A stretch of DNA of 64,000 nt from Callorhinchus milii (GCF_018977255.1 NW_024704742.1:103356001-103420000); one strand, 5' to 3'; shown: positions 23,346-36,520, numbered from the stretch's first letter. Made by a program: numbers and translations. Notes: generated by a model not told the origin, from the sequence alone.

Positions 23346-24374
23346 CTCTCATCTGAACTGAATGAAATATTTCAACATCAAATTGTATTGATAGCATTGT
23401 TTCAGCTGTCAGGGGTTAAAACTTTAGTCGTTACTAGAGTCCAACTTAAGATGATGGCCAAAATAGTTATTTTTTCCCTATGTCCTTATAAAGGGTGAAA
23501 TTCCATTCGAAAGACACATAAAGAAAAACGTCTTCATTAATCTGTGTTAATGAAGCCACCTTAAATTATGAGAGCCTGGACACTTTAATAGGATACTGAC
23601 CAACTTAACTATAACAATATGTTTAATATTCTATTCACAGGGAAACTTCGCTGGAAAGCATTATGTTTCACTAAGTGGCTGCCTTCAAAGAGAAGGTTTT
23701 GTGATTAAAAGACTAATGTTATATTGGATAAGTAGTGGAATGATATCAGACTCCTTTGAATCCACAAGCTTGTGTTAGAAATGGATTTTCATGATATCCA
23801 ATGCCAAGAGAGTAGTGATGGAGGCCACAAGATGTGCCTGAATATCAGGCTACTTTGCACCTGGCTTTTTCCGACTTGCACAACCGTTAATTGGGTAGCA
23901 GAGATTACAAAATAAATCTCTAATGGTATTCATTTGTTTTAACATCTGATATCATCCCACTGTTCATGCAAATTATGTGACAAGTGTGTATGTTTCTGAA
24001 ACATTCATTAATTTGGTCAATCTAAAAGGATTGTCTGCTGCTGCTTCCCATTGCCCTTCCCATTGGATGGGAAGGCAACCAATTACCTGCGCCTTACAGG
24101 TGACTGACAGCCACTTGTGAATGGTTGCCCACTCACCCAGTAATATGTGGCTCCGGCTGTCAATCAATCATGGTTTGACTCCTCCCATTTCCTCCCTTGT
24201 TCCTCCCCATTCCTCGACCCCCTCATTGATTGACAGTCCAACTCCAGCCACGGAACCACTCAACAAACAGCAGCAGGTAGAGGAGTGGGGAGCCGGCTGG
24301 TCGGAGAGGTAGGGATGTGCCAGGGTATGAAGTGATTTGTACACGAGCGTGAGGATCTTGAAATTGAATTCATA

Positions 24375-24852
24375 GTAATAATCCTTACAGTTGATATCAA
24401 ATGCAAGAATTATTGCTATAATATAGTGCCTTATCACGTCTCCAAGACATCTCAAAGCGCTTCACAGAATATACTGTAAAGTGAATTGATTGAATATAAG
24501 AATAATAATGATTGCATTTGCTATAACACCTGATCACATCTTCACGACGTCTCAAAGCGCTTCAGGGAATATATTGTAAAGTGAATTGACTGTATATTTT
24601 GTGGGCAAAATGCAGCAGGCAATTGTGCACAGCAGTGTCCTACAAACAGTCGTGGATTGAGTGACTAGATTTTTTTTTGAAGGAATTATTACCCCGGAAA
24701 AGTGATCTGTCAATCAACTAGCAATTGGGTTCCCTCATACACACATTCATAGCATCCAGGCTCACCCAAACTTGCCCAACGTTTTGCCCTGCCCAGGAAT
24801 CAAAGCCAGGCCCTCTCACTTGGGAGGCAAGTGCTCTAAGCTACAGGACTCA
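24375..24852 (-). mobile_element. Cluster of SINE tails plus an older tRNA-SINE copy with a longer middle region
   Basis: Three stacked tails (about 24375, 24405 and 24500); head gagtcctgtagc...agagcacttgc at 24790-24852 related to the tRNA-Ala SINE. Confidence 0.75.
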
Positions 24853-24964
24853 AAATTGTTCTGCAACTGGGTACCAGTAGTTTGTGAAGGACTGGACTAA
24901 CCAATATGGTACATTTTGAACAGTATGAATGATGTCCTTTTCAAAATGCTGATCGTGTCTTTTA

Positions 24965-25795
24965 CATGAACATAGGAACATAGGAACAGGAGGAGGCTAT
25001 TTAGCCCTTCGAGCCTGTTCCCCGATTTAATTAGATCATGGCTGATCTGTACCTCAACTAATCCTTTCAATTCCAATTTCCTGCTTTCTCCCCATATCCC
25101 TTGATACCCTGACCTACCAAAAAATCTATCAACCTCACTCTTGAAGGTATGGTTGGATCCAGCATCCACAGCCTTTTGGGGGAGAGAATTTCAGATTTCT
25201 ACCATGAATGCTTCCTGATTTCACGCTTAAATGGCCTGGTTCTAATTTTAAGACTATGCCCTCTTGTTTTGGATTCCCACCAGAGGAAATAGCTTTTCTG
25301 TATCTACCCTATCAAATTCCTTTATCATCTTAAATACTTCAATCAAATCACCCCTCAACCGTCTAAACTCAAGCGAATACAATCCAGGTTTATTGCAGCC
25401 TTTCCTTGTAACTTAACCCTTTTAGTCCTGGTAACATTCTGGTGAACCTACGCTGCACCCCCTCCAGTGGCAATATATCTTTCCTGAGGTGTGGTGCCCA
25501 AAACTAAACACGGTACTCCAGATGAGGTCTGACTAATGCTCTATACAGCTTAAGCATCATTTCTTTCCCTTTCTATTCCACGCCCCTTGAAATAAAGGCT
25601 AACAATCCATTCACCTTTTTGATTCCTTTTTTACCTGGGAGCTAGTTTTTAGTGATTTGTGGATATGGACACCCAAACCTCTTTGCTCCTCCACAGTTCT
25701 TAATTTCTCCCCATTAAGAAAATATTCTGCTTTATCTTTTTGTAGTCCATAGTGGTCGACCTCACATTTCCCTACATTGAGCTCCATGAACACTT
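24965..25795 (-). mobile_element. CR1 LINE 3' fragment
   Basis: (aacatagg)n tail on + strand; minus strand encodes LNVGKCEV..YFLNGEKL..QRGLGV and LVRPHLEY. Confidence 0.9.
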
Positions 25796-26829
25796 CACAC
25801 AAGATATGTGGTGGGACTGTAATTTGGTTTGGTTCAAATGCAGGAAATTTATTTTGTTCCAGAATGTGGAACTGTGTGGAATTTTGATTTGATTCAATGG
25901 CTACCTGGCTTGCTAATTTTCAGTTAGTGAAATAATATTAATACCATTAAATTTTCATCATGGTATTACTGATAAAAATAATAGGAGCACAGTACATGTA
26001 AACCAAGGTTATGCTGACAGAATGCTAATTTACTAATAAAAAATTCAACAGCTTAAAGCCAGTGGTTAATGCTTGATTGTTGACAAAGGCTTAAGCAGTT
26101 GTGACATGAAAAAGTCTATCTGTTGTCAGGGTGACCCCACCTCCACACACACTTCACACTCTTTCAGGACCTTTATCATGACACTTCCCTTTGTTAATTT
26201 TCAAAGTTTTCCTGAGGCTCCATAACAAGTAGGTCAGAGAATGATATTGATTCTTTTCTTAACTCATGAAATATTAGAGCAGTGATTTAAATTCCCAGAA
26301 GTCTGTAAGCTGAGGACACTCTGACATTTGTTATTAAACAAGGACTTTGGTCCTTTCCAGCTGGGATAACGTCATGAGAGCCACTCTGTGCAGTTACCTC
26401 ACTGCACACGTAATATTCTGCACATTTGTCTGTTTAACACAAATTTTCATTTCTTTGTAATTAGTGAACTTAATCCACAGCCAGATTCTCTAAGGTAAGC
26501 ATTCTCTGAAAGTTTGTAGCATGTTGCAGCTTTTATTTTCTCTTGCCCTGTAATAATATAGGCATTGTGTTTGAATTTGTGATATTTCTAGTTCAGATTC
26601 AATGTGTTAGTTGCCACTTCCAGTTTGTGAACGCATTAATTTACAAAATGCCCACAACAGTAATTACAGTTATTGTAATTCCTGGATGCCTGCAAAGGAT
26701 GGCAGCATCTGGAAAAAGGATGGCAAAATCTCAAAAGAAACATGGGGCCTTTCTCTGACTCTTTTTATTTTCACCTCCATACCAAATACATCCCCAAATT
26801 CAAATTAATTGAACATGGATCTCATTAAT

Positions 26830-27142
26830 AATAAAAACAGAAGTCGCTGGGGGGATGAGTTGGAGCCTGAGATAGTTGCTGAGAAAGGAGATGTGGCTGT
26901 GAAAGTGAGTTTTAGCGAAAACATCATCAAACATAAGAAGGGAAACAGATAGTAAAGAAGGTGAACAGGATGAAAGGGAAAAACAAAATTCGCGTCAAAA
27001 GGAAGAGCAGAACTTCTTCTACGTAGGCATTCCTGGAAGAGAAATGGCAGTGAATTAAACAATAAACAAAAGGTAAAATACTGTAGATGCTGGAAAGCCG
27101 AAATAAAAACAGAAGTCGCCGGGGGAATGAGTTGGAGCCTGA
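26830..27142 (-). mobile_element. Probable Penelope-like element terminal remnant with about 41-bp direct repeats
   Basis: ataaaaacagaagtcgc.gggg..atgagttggagcctga occurs at 26830 and 27103; includes aaaatactgtagatgctggaaa, which I recall from chondrichthyan Penelope-type repeat ends (unverified). Confidence 0.5.
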
Positions 27143-29371
27143 TACACATCTCAATAATGTTTATGGGCTATTTCTAGTACAGTTTAACCTATATTCATAT
27201 AATTTCTAATCAAATATGTTCAGAACATTCTTGAACATTTGTTTTTGCATGATATGGGGCTTTACAAATCCAATCCAAATACTTCTAAATCAGACAGGAG
27301 TGAACCAGGCTGACACCAGGTGTTGGGGTACTGCTGGTGTTTAACCAGTTTTAAACCCAAATAGCTTGCCATTGAGCTTGCTATAGCTTGCTATCTGACT
27401 GGTTACCACATAACCTTGCTCATTTGTGAGAGTGCAGAGCCACTGAGCTCAGGAATGTCTTGCTGTTAGCTCTCTGTTGGCTGATGTGGGGTTTACAGGT
27501 CCCTGATCTTAAGGAGTTTGATCCAACCCCAAAATGGAGAAGTGGAGAAATTGAAACATGGGCTACCTTGTTGGCTCTTGGTCTGTTGGCTCAGATTGGG
27601 ATTGGCCAGTCAGAGAGGTGATTTGGACGATTGATTTGCTGATGAGGTTGTGATGTTTGGTATCGGGCTCACGCTGTCCTTACAGTTTGAGTTCCAGATT
27701 TGGGTTTTAGGAGTTTGAGTTTTTGTTTAATTCAGCCTTCAGAGGTAAGTGGCGACAGCTTGTTTACCAAAAAAAAACTAGCAAGCTTCCCATTGCTTGT
27801 GTAACTAGGACCACCCAGAGCTTTGGCTTGTAGGAATAATAGGAACTGAGTCAATAGCATCCTTGCCCCCAGTGACTGGTCTGCTCTTCCATGCCCTGCC
27901 AATGAGCCAGGCTGGCTAATCTGTCATCAGCAGGGTCCTGGGGTCCAGGGTTGCGGATCCAACTGGCACAGGAACCGCCATGCCTCGATTCCAGCATTCA
28001 GTTTCTAGGCACACCACCCCATAGCCTGGTCAAAGAGAGACTGCTTTTCTCCCCTTGCCCAGGAGATACAGTTTCACATACATGAGTGACTGACAGGAGG
28101 ATAGTTCAGAAGGTGAAGTACTCCTGGTGCATTTGTGTAACCAAAGCATTCATTTCAAATTAGTGAACATGTATTTTTCTACATTGACAAGAAAAAAAAC
28201 TTTAATTAGGTTACTATAAATAACTTTTCTTTCTTAGGAAATTCAGTTCCAAAATCAACAGCGTCAGGAATAACTCCAAAAGGCACAAAAGGTTCAGTGG
28301 TTCAATTAATGACTGTTAATGAGGAAAAGTCACCCAGGACAAAGAAAAGTGGACATTTATCACATTAGAGGCTGTCAAAAAGTTGGTGAAGTATTGTGTT
28401 ATTTTAACAATAGAGTTCATAAAATCTTTCTGTAAGAGAGATTTGACCATCATTTGACACAGTTAATAAATGACCATCAGTTAACAGCTGTTCTCACAGT
28501 CCTTTATGGTCAAGTGGAAGCCATGACTTGAGGAAACATAGCAACTACACCCACAAACATTTCCATTGATAAACTACACAGGAGAGAATGCTAAATTGTT
28601 CATAGTCTTCTGCCATTACATTTCAAATAAATCAGAAAACTAATAGACACGAAATTGTGTTCTTATTTTCATCTTCACAAAATTTCTTCATAGGTTTATG
28701 GAAATCTATTGCAGAAAAATGAAAAAAGCAAAGATATTTTTCATAATATTGCAGTATTTTTCAGTAAATTGGTAATTTTTGATAAAAATTATTTACACAA
28801 GCTTTAATATTTAACAAAACGATGAGCTGTGGGTTGGAATACTAACCTTCAATGTTTGGAATCTGTGTTTTAACCCAATTCAAACTAAAGGATGAAAACT
28901 TCATTTCTTTGACTGTAAGGTTTCACATTGGTTTCCAAATTTAGGTAAGCAGGATGCAACCCTCGAAGGAGGGAGTGCACATTCCATTCCAACAATCTTA
29001 TCTCTGGGATTTCCACGTGTAGGTAGGATACATGGAATTCTCACTTTAGTTTGCATACTCTTAAGCATGGTGATGGGTTCCGCATGTGTCAGACACCTAG
29101 CTGACACCCCCCAAAAAAGTCAATAACCTTAAATTCTCCTTGGTGCTATGTTCTTTTCTATAATTTCTATAAGCATTTTGAGACATCCTATGTGAAAGGA
29201 ATTAATGCATATAAATATATGGAATGTTTGATCTCAGAGAGATGGTGTTACAATGGATCTCACTATTGGTGTTGGGACAGAAAAAATTCTGATCATGACC
29301 TTTGTTGCAAAGTATATTGTTTGTGTGTGTCAACTGAGGATTGGGCATGTTTGCTGAGATGCCTCCCACAC

Positions 29372-29705
29372 ACTTGCATTCAAGATCCTGGTCTTCATCT
29401 ACAAAGCCCTCCATGGCCTCGCCCCACCCTACCTCTGTGACCTCCTATCCCCCTACCAACCCACATGCTCCCTCTGGTCAGCCAGCTCTGGCCTGCTCCA
29501 CGTCCCCTGACCCACTCACCCCACCATTGGTGGGAGAGCCTTCAGCCACTCTGCCCCAATCACTCTGCCTCGCCCCCTCCTTAGCCTCCTTCAAGTCCCG
29601 CCTCAAAACCCTCCTCTTCGACCATGCCATCAGTCACCCCTCTTCACTTCCCCTCCCTTCTCCCCCCCTGACCCAGCTCAGGTCTGAAATGCTGTACACT
29701 GTCCA
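29372..29705 (+). mobile_element. L2 3' fragment
   Basis: FKILVFIYKALHGLAPPYLCDLL...FKSRLKTLLFDHA. Confidence 0.85.
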
Positions 29706-29739
29706 AGTGGTTGCATCAAAGCTAGGGTTTATAATTCAA

Positions 29740-30015
29740 AGGGGTGGAGAGAAGGGTGGTGGGGTGGGAGAATGACCAAACGCACAATCAAAAAGATCTT
29801 GAGATGGGCCTTGAAGGAGGCAAGGGAAAGGACGAGGTGTAGGATGGGGAGTCAGTTAAGCCAGATGAGGATGGGGGTGATCGACTCATGGAGTTTGGTG
29901 CGGGAGAGGACTTCAGCTGCAGAGTTCAAAATAATCTTAAGCTGGTGGAGGGAGGAGTTGGGAAGTCCGGCAAGCAGGGGCTTAGCAGAGTCAAGCCTGA
30001 ATGTGATGAAGGCAT
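29740..30015 (-). mobile_element. L2 fragment, inverted relative to 29372-29705
   Basis: Minus strand AFITFRLDSAK..L.GLP..SLHQL and FKAHLKIF remnants. Confidence 0.75.
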
Positions 30016-31289
30016 TTGAGTGCCAAGGTTGCCAGAGGAGAACCCAGATCAGTGTATGCAGGAGAAAATGTCACGACCCTCAGAACAGCGTCAGGGAGGA
30101 GAGCCAGGTGACCAGAAGGTTGACTTTTGATTCCAGAGGAAATATCTACTGTTTACTGAGCTCTTTTAGAACTCAGCCTGATGAGCACTGTGCAGTATTC
30201 CTTAACAGGATTCTTTAATAAAAAACCTAGGTTGTACAAATGGGGATCCCGTCCCGTAATCTTAAATACAAACATAAATAATATCCCATTTGATTAAATT
30301 TTATGTGGAATTCCACTCCAGGATTCCAGGATAAGGAATCTCAGTTAAGAAATACCGCACATTATATCACAACATGAGGTAGGAGGTAGGTGAGTCTGAA
30401 TTATGTAAACTGCATCTCATTAGCAATTATATTTCACAGGATATTACTGGGCTACATTGAATAGTGGAAACTCTTACCAATAACAATCAGAACTGAAGTG
30501 TTTAAAAGTTATAAATAAAAGGTAAAGTAATTAAAAGGAGAATACTTGCAACCTCTGACAAAGTACAGCAGGTTCTTTAGATCAACCTGGGTCAATTACA
30601 CTTCTTTTATTTGTTCACATGGCAATTTTAGATAGGCCACATTAGTAATGCATGGTTTATTGAATGTGGCCTTTGAGACACACTCTAATTGTGCAGACAG
30701 GTCAGCCAGCAGGTAAGTAAATTGACGTGAATGCGTAAACCCACTTTGTAGCTGTTTTCAATCTCACCGAGAAAAGAATCACTGGCAAAAGTGAGCTTCT
30801 GGAAGCAGTAAAGTCTTCAAACTTCTTCACAGTTCTCTGTCTGAACAGAAAGCTGCACCATGAACAAAGCAAACTAACCACATTACTGTTTCAGAAATTC
30901 TCTTAACCTCCAGAATCAAATTAATACAAGAGGAGTCTGGGCCATATTGCACATCAGTTGTTTCAGTTAATTTATATTTCACATTTTACTATTTATTCAT
31001 GCCAAATGTTGAGGCAACATTGCCTTTTTGGAACCAGGTGTTCGTTACTGTTTTAATAATCTGAAGGCAGGATCAGACATTGGCTGTGATGTTCTATTAC
31101 GTCAAATAGCCTGCCGAAACTCATCACCTAGGTTCACACATGAAAAATTAATGGTTGGATAATGGACAGAGGCCGACTTGCACTTAATGAAATTGCACCC
31201 CCGAATGTGTCAGAGGCTTGAAAAGTGGCAGTGAATTAGAGTGAAATATTATAAAAGATTACGAAGAGTTATGATTGAGCAAATAGTAA

Positions 31290-31603
31290 TTGATTAGTTT
31301 CACTCACCGGTGAGTCAGTAAGTAAAGAGTATAAATTTAACAAAAAGAATTGTTTAGAGGAAATAATCTTTACACAGAAGGTGGTGAGAATGAAGTATTC
31401 TCTTCTACAGACCGAAGTTGGGGAAAAAGTCCTCAGATTCTTTTTTAAGGGAATCGGATGGATTCTTGAAGATGACGACTGTTAACTTGCCTGAAGAGCA
31501 AGCAGGGAAGTGGAATTAGATTGGATCTTGTGGAGAAAAACACCAAATCAGGTTTGTTGGGCTCAATGGTCTGTTTCTGTGCTGTAATTTTCTATCATTC
31601 TAT
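31290..31603 (+). mobile_element. Old CR1 3' fragment
   Basis: tttacacagaaggtggtgagaatg...ctgtttctgtgctgtaattttctatcattctatt. Confidence 0.7.
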
Positions 31604-34223
31604 TAAAGAAAAATAGAAGATACGGAACTGACTGGACATGCTCATGAGATTGTCGTTCATTTCGTATATGGGCCGAGCTGCAAGATAAAATGGCCTTTCA
31701 CACCAGTATCCATGTGGCTTTTCTGCCATTCAGCATACAATAAAGCACCTTGCATCACACTCAAACCAAACATAATACGTGTAAAGTTGTTTTCTTGATA
31801 ACAACTGCAGTTCAGTGGCCACAGCAGTGTTTTGCTGTTGCGGCAGACTGTTTTCTGAGAAAAAATAATTCTATTTTCTTGTGATGCATTGAACCCTTTG
31901 AGGAAACCATTGTGCAACCGGCCTAAACTCAAAGGCTGAACATTTTTGCAAATGATTTCTTACCACCAGGGAGCAACCGAATTAAATTAAATTTAATGAT
32001 ACTTCATCAACCAAAATAGGTTTTATGTTGAGTGCAAAGGATCGTCATATTGTGAGAACATATGATACAAGGGAAGAAGATAGAAAGCACTGTACCAAGT
32101 TCCACTCCATTCAAGGGCAAACAAGGGATTTATAATCACTCTCCCAATTTCACAGTGTAGCAGCTTCAAATACGTTTATTTGCTCATTCGAGGGAGGACA
32201 ATTTTGTTGCACTTCAACTACATTAACTACTTGACAACTGAAGTTCATTTCATTTGTCGATCACTTTTTGAAATTGTCATTTGTCTGTTGTCTTTGAGTT
32301 GCTGTAAGCAGGCAGCTTGAATCACTCTGCAAATTGACATCCTATTTAAGGTCAACCACATGCAAAATTCAGTGGAATATTCAATAATATGCCGCAATGT
32401 ATGGATGCCATGGAATTAGAGCAAACTCAATTTTGAAAGGTTTGAATTTGAATGTTTTAGCGCACTGTAATGTACTTTGGGGTATCATGTACTAAAATCC
32501 TACAAATTGAAAGCATAAAATTAAATTTAATTAAATTTAATTAAAGAGCAAAATTAAAGTTAACTGTAACAATCAAATGATTAACAAAAAGATTTGCTAA
32601 TATGGGATGGTTGAAGTAGAAGCTAAATGATCATGATTATGACCATGGAAGCTTAATTCCTAGAAACAATATAGAAAACATAAAATTACATTTCATCTCT
32701 TATATAAAGCAAGGATGTTGGAATCAAGCACAATGAAACACCAACTTTGCTCCAAAGTACTTTCTAAGGGTGACGTGTTTAACTTGCTATGTGTCTATCT
32801 CTCTCTCTCTGACTTTCTGTATTCTATGTCTATCTCTAACCCTACAATGAACAAAAGTATTATACCATGAAGACCTACCTTTGCATTACCAGCAAGAAAA
32901 AATCCAACTGTGAGCATGCACAAAGTTGCACATGAAGTGATTTATGATTTGATTTCCACACTGCACAATTAAATTGTGCCCCTTGTAACTTCATGTGGAA
33001 CTCTCAGTTGAATTCAGATACTTTTAAGTATGGTGATTGTTTTTCACGTATGAAAAGAACTAGCTGATCAAAAGAAAAGTTAAAACAACTCTCAAGACCT
33101 CAAATCCTTGGTCCAAGGTCTCAATATATTCTGTGAAGCACTTTGAGACGTCTCAATGACATGATAAGCTGCAATATCAAACACAAAGGTTATTAAGTAT
33201 TAAAAGGATAAGCATTTGTTATAAAGCATTTTTATAGTGATTTTTCACTAATGCGTAATGCCAGTAACATACACTTTTGCTGTTCAAGCACTTTTTCAAT
33301 CCCACTAACAATGTTTTGGAAGATCAGAGAGCAGAAATGGTTATTTTTGCTTTAAGGCCAAAATGGTGAAAGATATTTACATAATATTTAATTTTTTTCC
33401 ATTATGTTTTTACTTCATCATTTTGTTCCTAGTGAGCCTGGAAAAAACACTGACAGGTTCATGGGCCATTTCCTTGACTGAGAAAAATGGAAAATAATAA
33501 AAGGAAAACTCTCACCCCGGTACCAAACATCCTGTACAGATCTTCAGTAATAAATATATTTACCAACTAATGGGTTAAAATGTGAGCAACAACAACAAAT
33601 TAAATTTGTATAGCACCTTTCATGTCAGGAAGACATCCCAAGGTGATGAAAGGCATAAAGGCATGGGATATTTCCATTAACATTTTGGAATTCTGCCATA
33701 ATGCATCGACTATGTATGTCAAAACGTCAAGCCTCTATGGCACTATCGAGAGAGAATGATAAAAAATCCTTGATAAAATTGGTATTGTAAGATATTGCTG
33801 TGCACAAATTAGCTGCTGTGTTCTACAAATACATTGTCAATGCACATCAATTACCTGTGAAGCACTTTGAGACGTTTGACATGATATATTAGATGCAATG
33901 ATTATTATTGTTTGGGAAAAAAAGTTTTTCTTGGGTGTCCGGTGGCCATCAATACCTTAGACAAATTGGCCAATCATGTTTATAGAACTATGCTGGAGAA
34001 AGAAGATGCCATGTTTACCTACAAAAAACAATTATTCTTATCAAAAAGTCACTTAACTTGACAATAATTATTTGTGAAAATACTTTTTGCATGATAGATG
34101 CTATACGAATAAAAATTCTTCATAGCAATGTTTTGTCTTTGTTGGGCAATGCCAGTCCAGACTGTTTACTTTTGGTCAGCCAGGTGTCTGACACATGCGG
34201 GCACTCAAAGTCATCTCCATGCT

Positions 34224-34542
34224 TAATAATAATAATAATAATCCTTGCATTTGATATAGCGCTTTTCACGTCGGGAGGACATCCCAAAGCGATTCACAGA
34301 ACACACTGTAAAGTGAATTGACTGTATATTTGTGGGCGAACGCGGCAGCCAATTGCGCACAGCAATGTCCCACAAACAGTCGTAGATTGAAAATGACCAA
34401 TTTATTATTGTTTTGGGTTTTTGGAGGGATTATTATTAGGCGTGTGGAGTAAGGAAACTTGCCCAAGGTTTCGCCCAGCCTGAAATTGAACTCAGGTCTC
34501 TCACTTGCAAACTGAGTGCTCTAACCACTGAGCTACAGGACT
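34224..34542 (-). mobile_element. Young tRNA-Ala-derived SINE, full length
   Basis: Head GTCCTGTAGCTCAGTGGTTAGAGCAC with Pol III A/B boxes, L2-type 3' stem-loop, (TTA)n tail; near-identical to 42314-42648 and 45516-45836. Confidence 0.93.
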
Positions 34543-34984
34543 TAAGAGTATCCAAACCAGATTGAGAGTTCCATGCAGACAGGAAGCACTCCCATGAGCC
34601 TGTGCAACTCACTAATATTCCATGCTAGAACAGCCTAAAGAGGTGTCCTATTTGGAACGGTAAAATAACATTGTTTATTATAGATATGTGATAGAAGTAT
34701 CAGTGAAACCTTGCACTTCTGTATTCCTTCTGGTCAAATTGTTTTTAAGAGTTTGCCATCAAAAGTGTCACATCATGGTGATGTCACAAATTGCGCACTC
34801 ACTGAGAACATTTATATATTTTTCAACAGAGAGACATTTTTCAATTTTACATGATGAAGGATCAATAACAAGTGAATTGTGCACCAGATTTTAAGATGAT
34901 TAGTAACAAGATACACTCACTCAATTGCAGTAATAAAATTCTTTAGTAAAACAATTGTTTGTGAATGCTTCATTTTTGGCGACA

Positions 34985-35290
34985 ATATAATCCTTGCATT
35001 TGATACGGTGGTTTATCATGTTATCGAGACGTCTCAAAACGCTTCACAGGATATACTGTAAAGTGTCATTTTAGGCTAACATAGCAGCCAATTATACACA
35101 GCAATGTTCCACAAACAACCATGAAGTGAGTGACCAATTTGATTTGGTGGATTGGTGGCCAGGAGAATGGGAGAAATTTCTTTCTCTTTTGAATTGCCAT
35201 GGAATCTTTAATGTCTACCTGAACAAGCAGACATGAATCCGAAGGACAACACTTCTGACAATGCAATTCATCCTTAGCACTGCATTGGCC
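34985..35290 (-). mobile_element. Deu-domain SINE, 5'-truncated
   Basis: Tail plus Deu core (gtagacattaaagattccatggca on the minus strand). Confidence 0.75.
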
Positions 35291-35364
35291 AGTGACCTAT
35301 CCTGCACCAGGCTCCTCAAACCTATCAACTCCATGCCCGCTTTGCTCCTCTACCTCCCCGTTCT

Positions 35365-35735
35365 ACAGTGGATTCAAGATCAACATTCTCGCCTTTAAAT
35401 CCCTCCACGCTCATCCCACCCTATTTAGGCCACCTCCTGCAACCCGAATGACCCAGCCTCTCCCTTCACTCAGGGTGGGGGACATATCCGCCCACTCTCA
35501 GCCATTATGACCCATCTCTCTGGAACTCCATCCCAGAATCCCTACAACTCTCTCCCTCCTCACATTCATAGTCTACTTTAAGACTTACTCCTTTGACTGT
35601 GCTTTCGGTCATCTTTCCCCTCCCTGTCCTCTTCAGCACCCAACCCCCCGAGCCAATTGCCCAACCAGCAGTGTGAAACACTTTGAGATGTCCTCCTGAT
35701 GTAAAGGGTTATGTTAAATGTAAATTGTACTGTAT
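35365..35735 (+). mobile_element. Degraded L2 3' fragment
   Basis: FKINILAFKSLH remnant; tggaactccatcc; 3' stem-loop remnant. Confidence 0.7.
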
Positions 35736-36154
35736 TGTAATACATTTTAACACTAAAGGAAAACAAAATGAAGATTGGGATGAATTCCAAAGTACACATT
35801 TCATTAGATTTTAGCAATAGTATGGTTCAGCCAGAGCAGTCATTTAATGGTTGGAGTACCAACTTACAGCGCCGAGGGCTGAGGTGAAGGGGTAAAGAAT
35901 CACTTGATTCAATTCTGAATTAGGGCAATTTTTGGATGCAGTAAAAGCTGGTTCTTTACCACACAAGAGGAAATCAGCTGGAAAGCCTCATCTGGACTCA
36001 GCTTCAGCAATTCCTAATGTTCAGAGCAGCATTGATAGGCCCATGGTCACTGTTGATTTATGGCACTTAGAACATCAAAAAATAAAATTGGGAGACTGGA
36101 GGGCTTCAGCCTTGCCAATAATCTTGTACATGTGCTATCAGTTTCTATAGTACA

Positions 36155-36520
36155 ACTTGGCTTTGTTCAAGGGGTAATCAACAGCTGGGATGGGCTGCCA
36201 GGAAGCATAGTTGAGGTGAGATCGCTGGACTCATTTAAGAAACAGCTTGATGCTGTAATGGGAGATGGTAGAGAGAGTGTTCTGAAAGAATCACAAGATC
36301 ACTTCGGTTGAAGAAGTTCCTTCAGCCCATCTGACCTTATCCCTCCAGAACACTCACAATATTGTCCTCCCAGCAGGGAATCAAACTGCTTTTTAAATTA
36401 TCCAATGGTCTGGCCTCAACTACTGTTCCTGGCAACAGTGAAGAAAAACTTCCTAGCATCTGTCCTGAAATTACCCTTTGCAAGTCTGAATCTATGACCT
36501 CTTGTTCTACTGTCTTGATG
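36155..36520. mobile_element. Two CR1 3' fragments in opposite orientation
   Basis: FVQGVINSWDGLP..VEVRSLDSFKKQLD on + (36155-36270); CR1 3' end on the minus strand from 36285. Confidence 0.7.

Noticed and set aside
11767..23397. Many overlapping Pro/Ser-rich and Gly/Glu-rich ORFs
   Set aside because: They are alternative and antisense frames of C-rich L2 sequence.
26543..27154. Cluster of 65-114 aa ORFs
   Set aside because: Low-complexity or repeat-derived; no domain or splice support.
30170..30210. CTGATGAG as a hammerhead ribozyme core (also at 52323 and 59349)
   Set aside because: No stem II followed by GAAA and no closing stems found.
30069..30210. TGTCACGACC...ACA as a short LTR
   Set aside because: No TSD, no internal poly(A) signal and no second copy.
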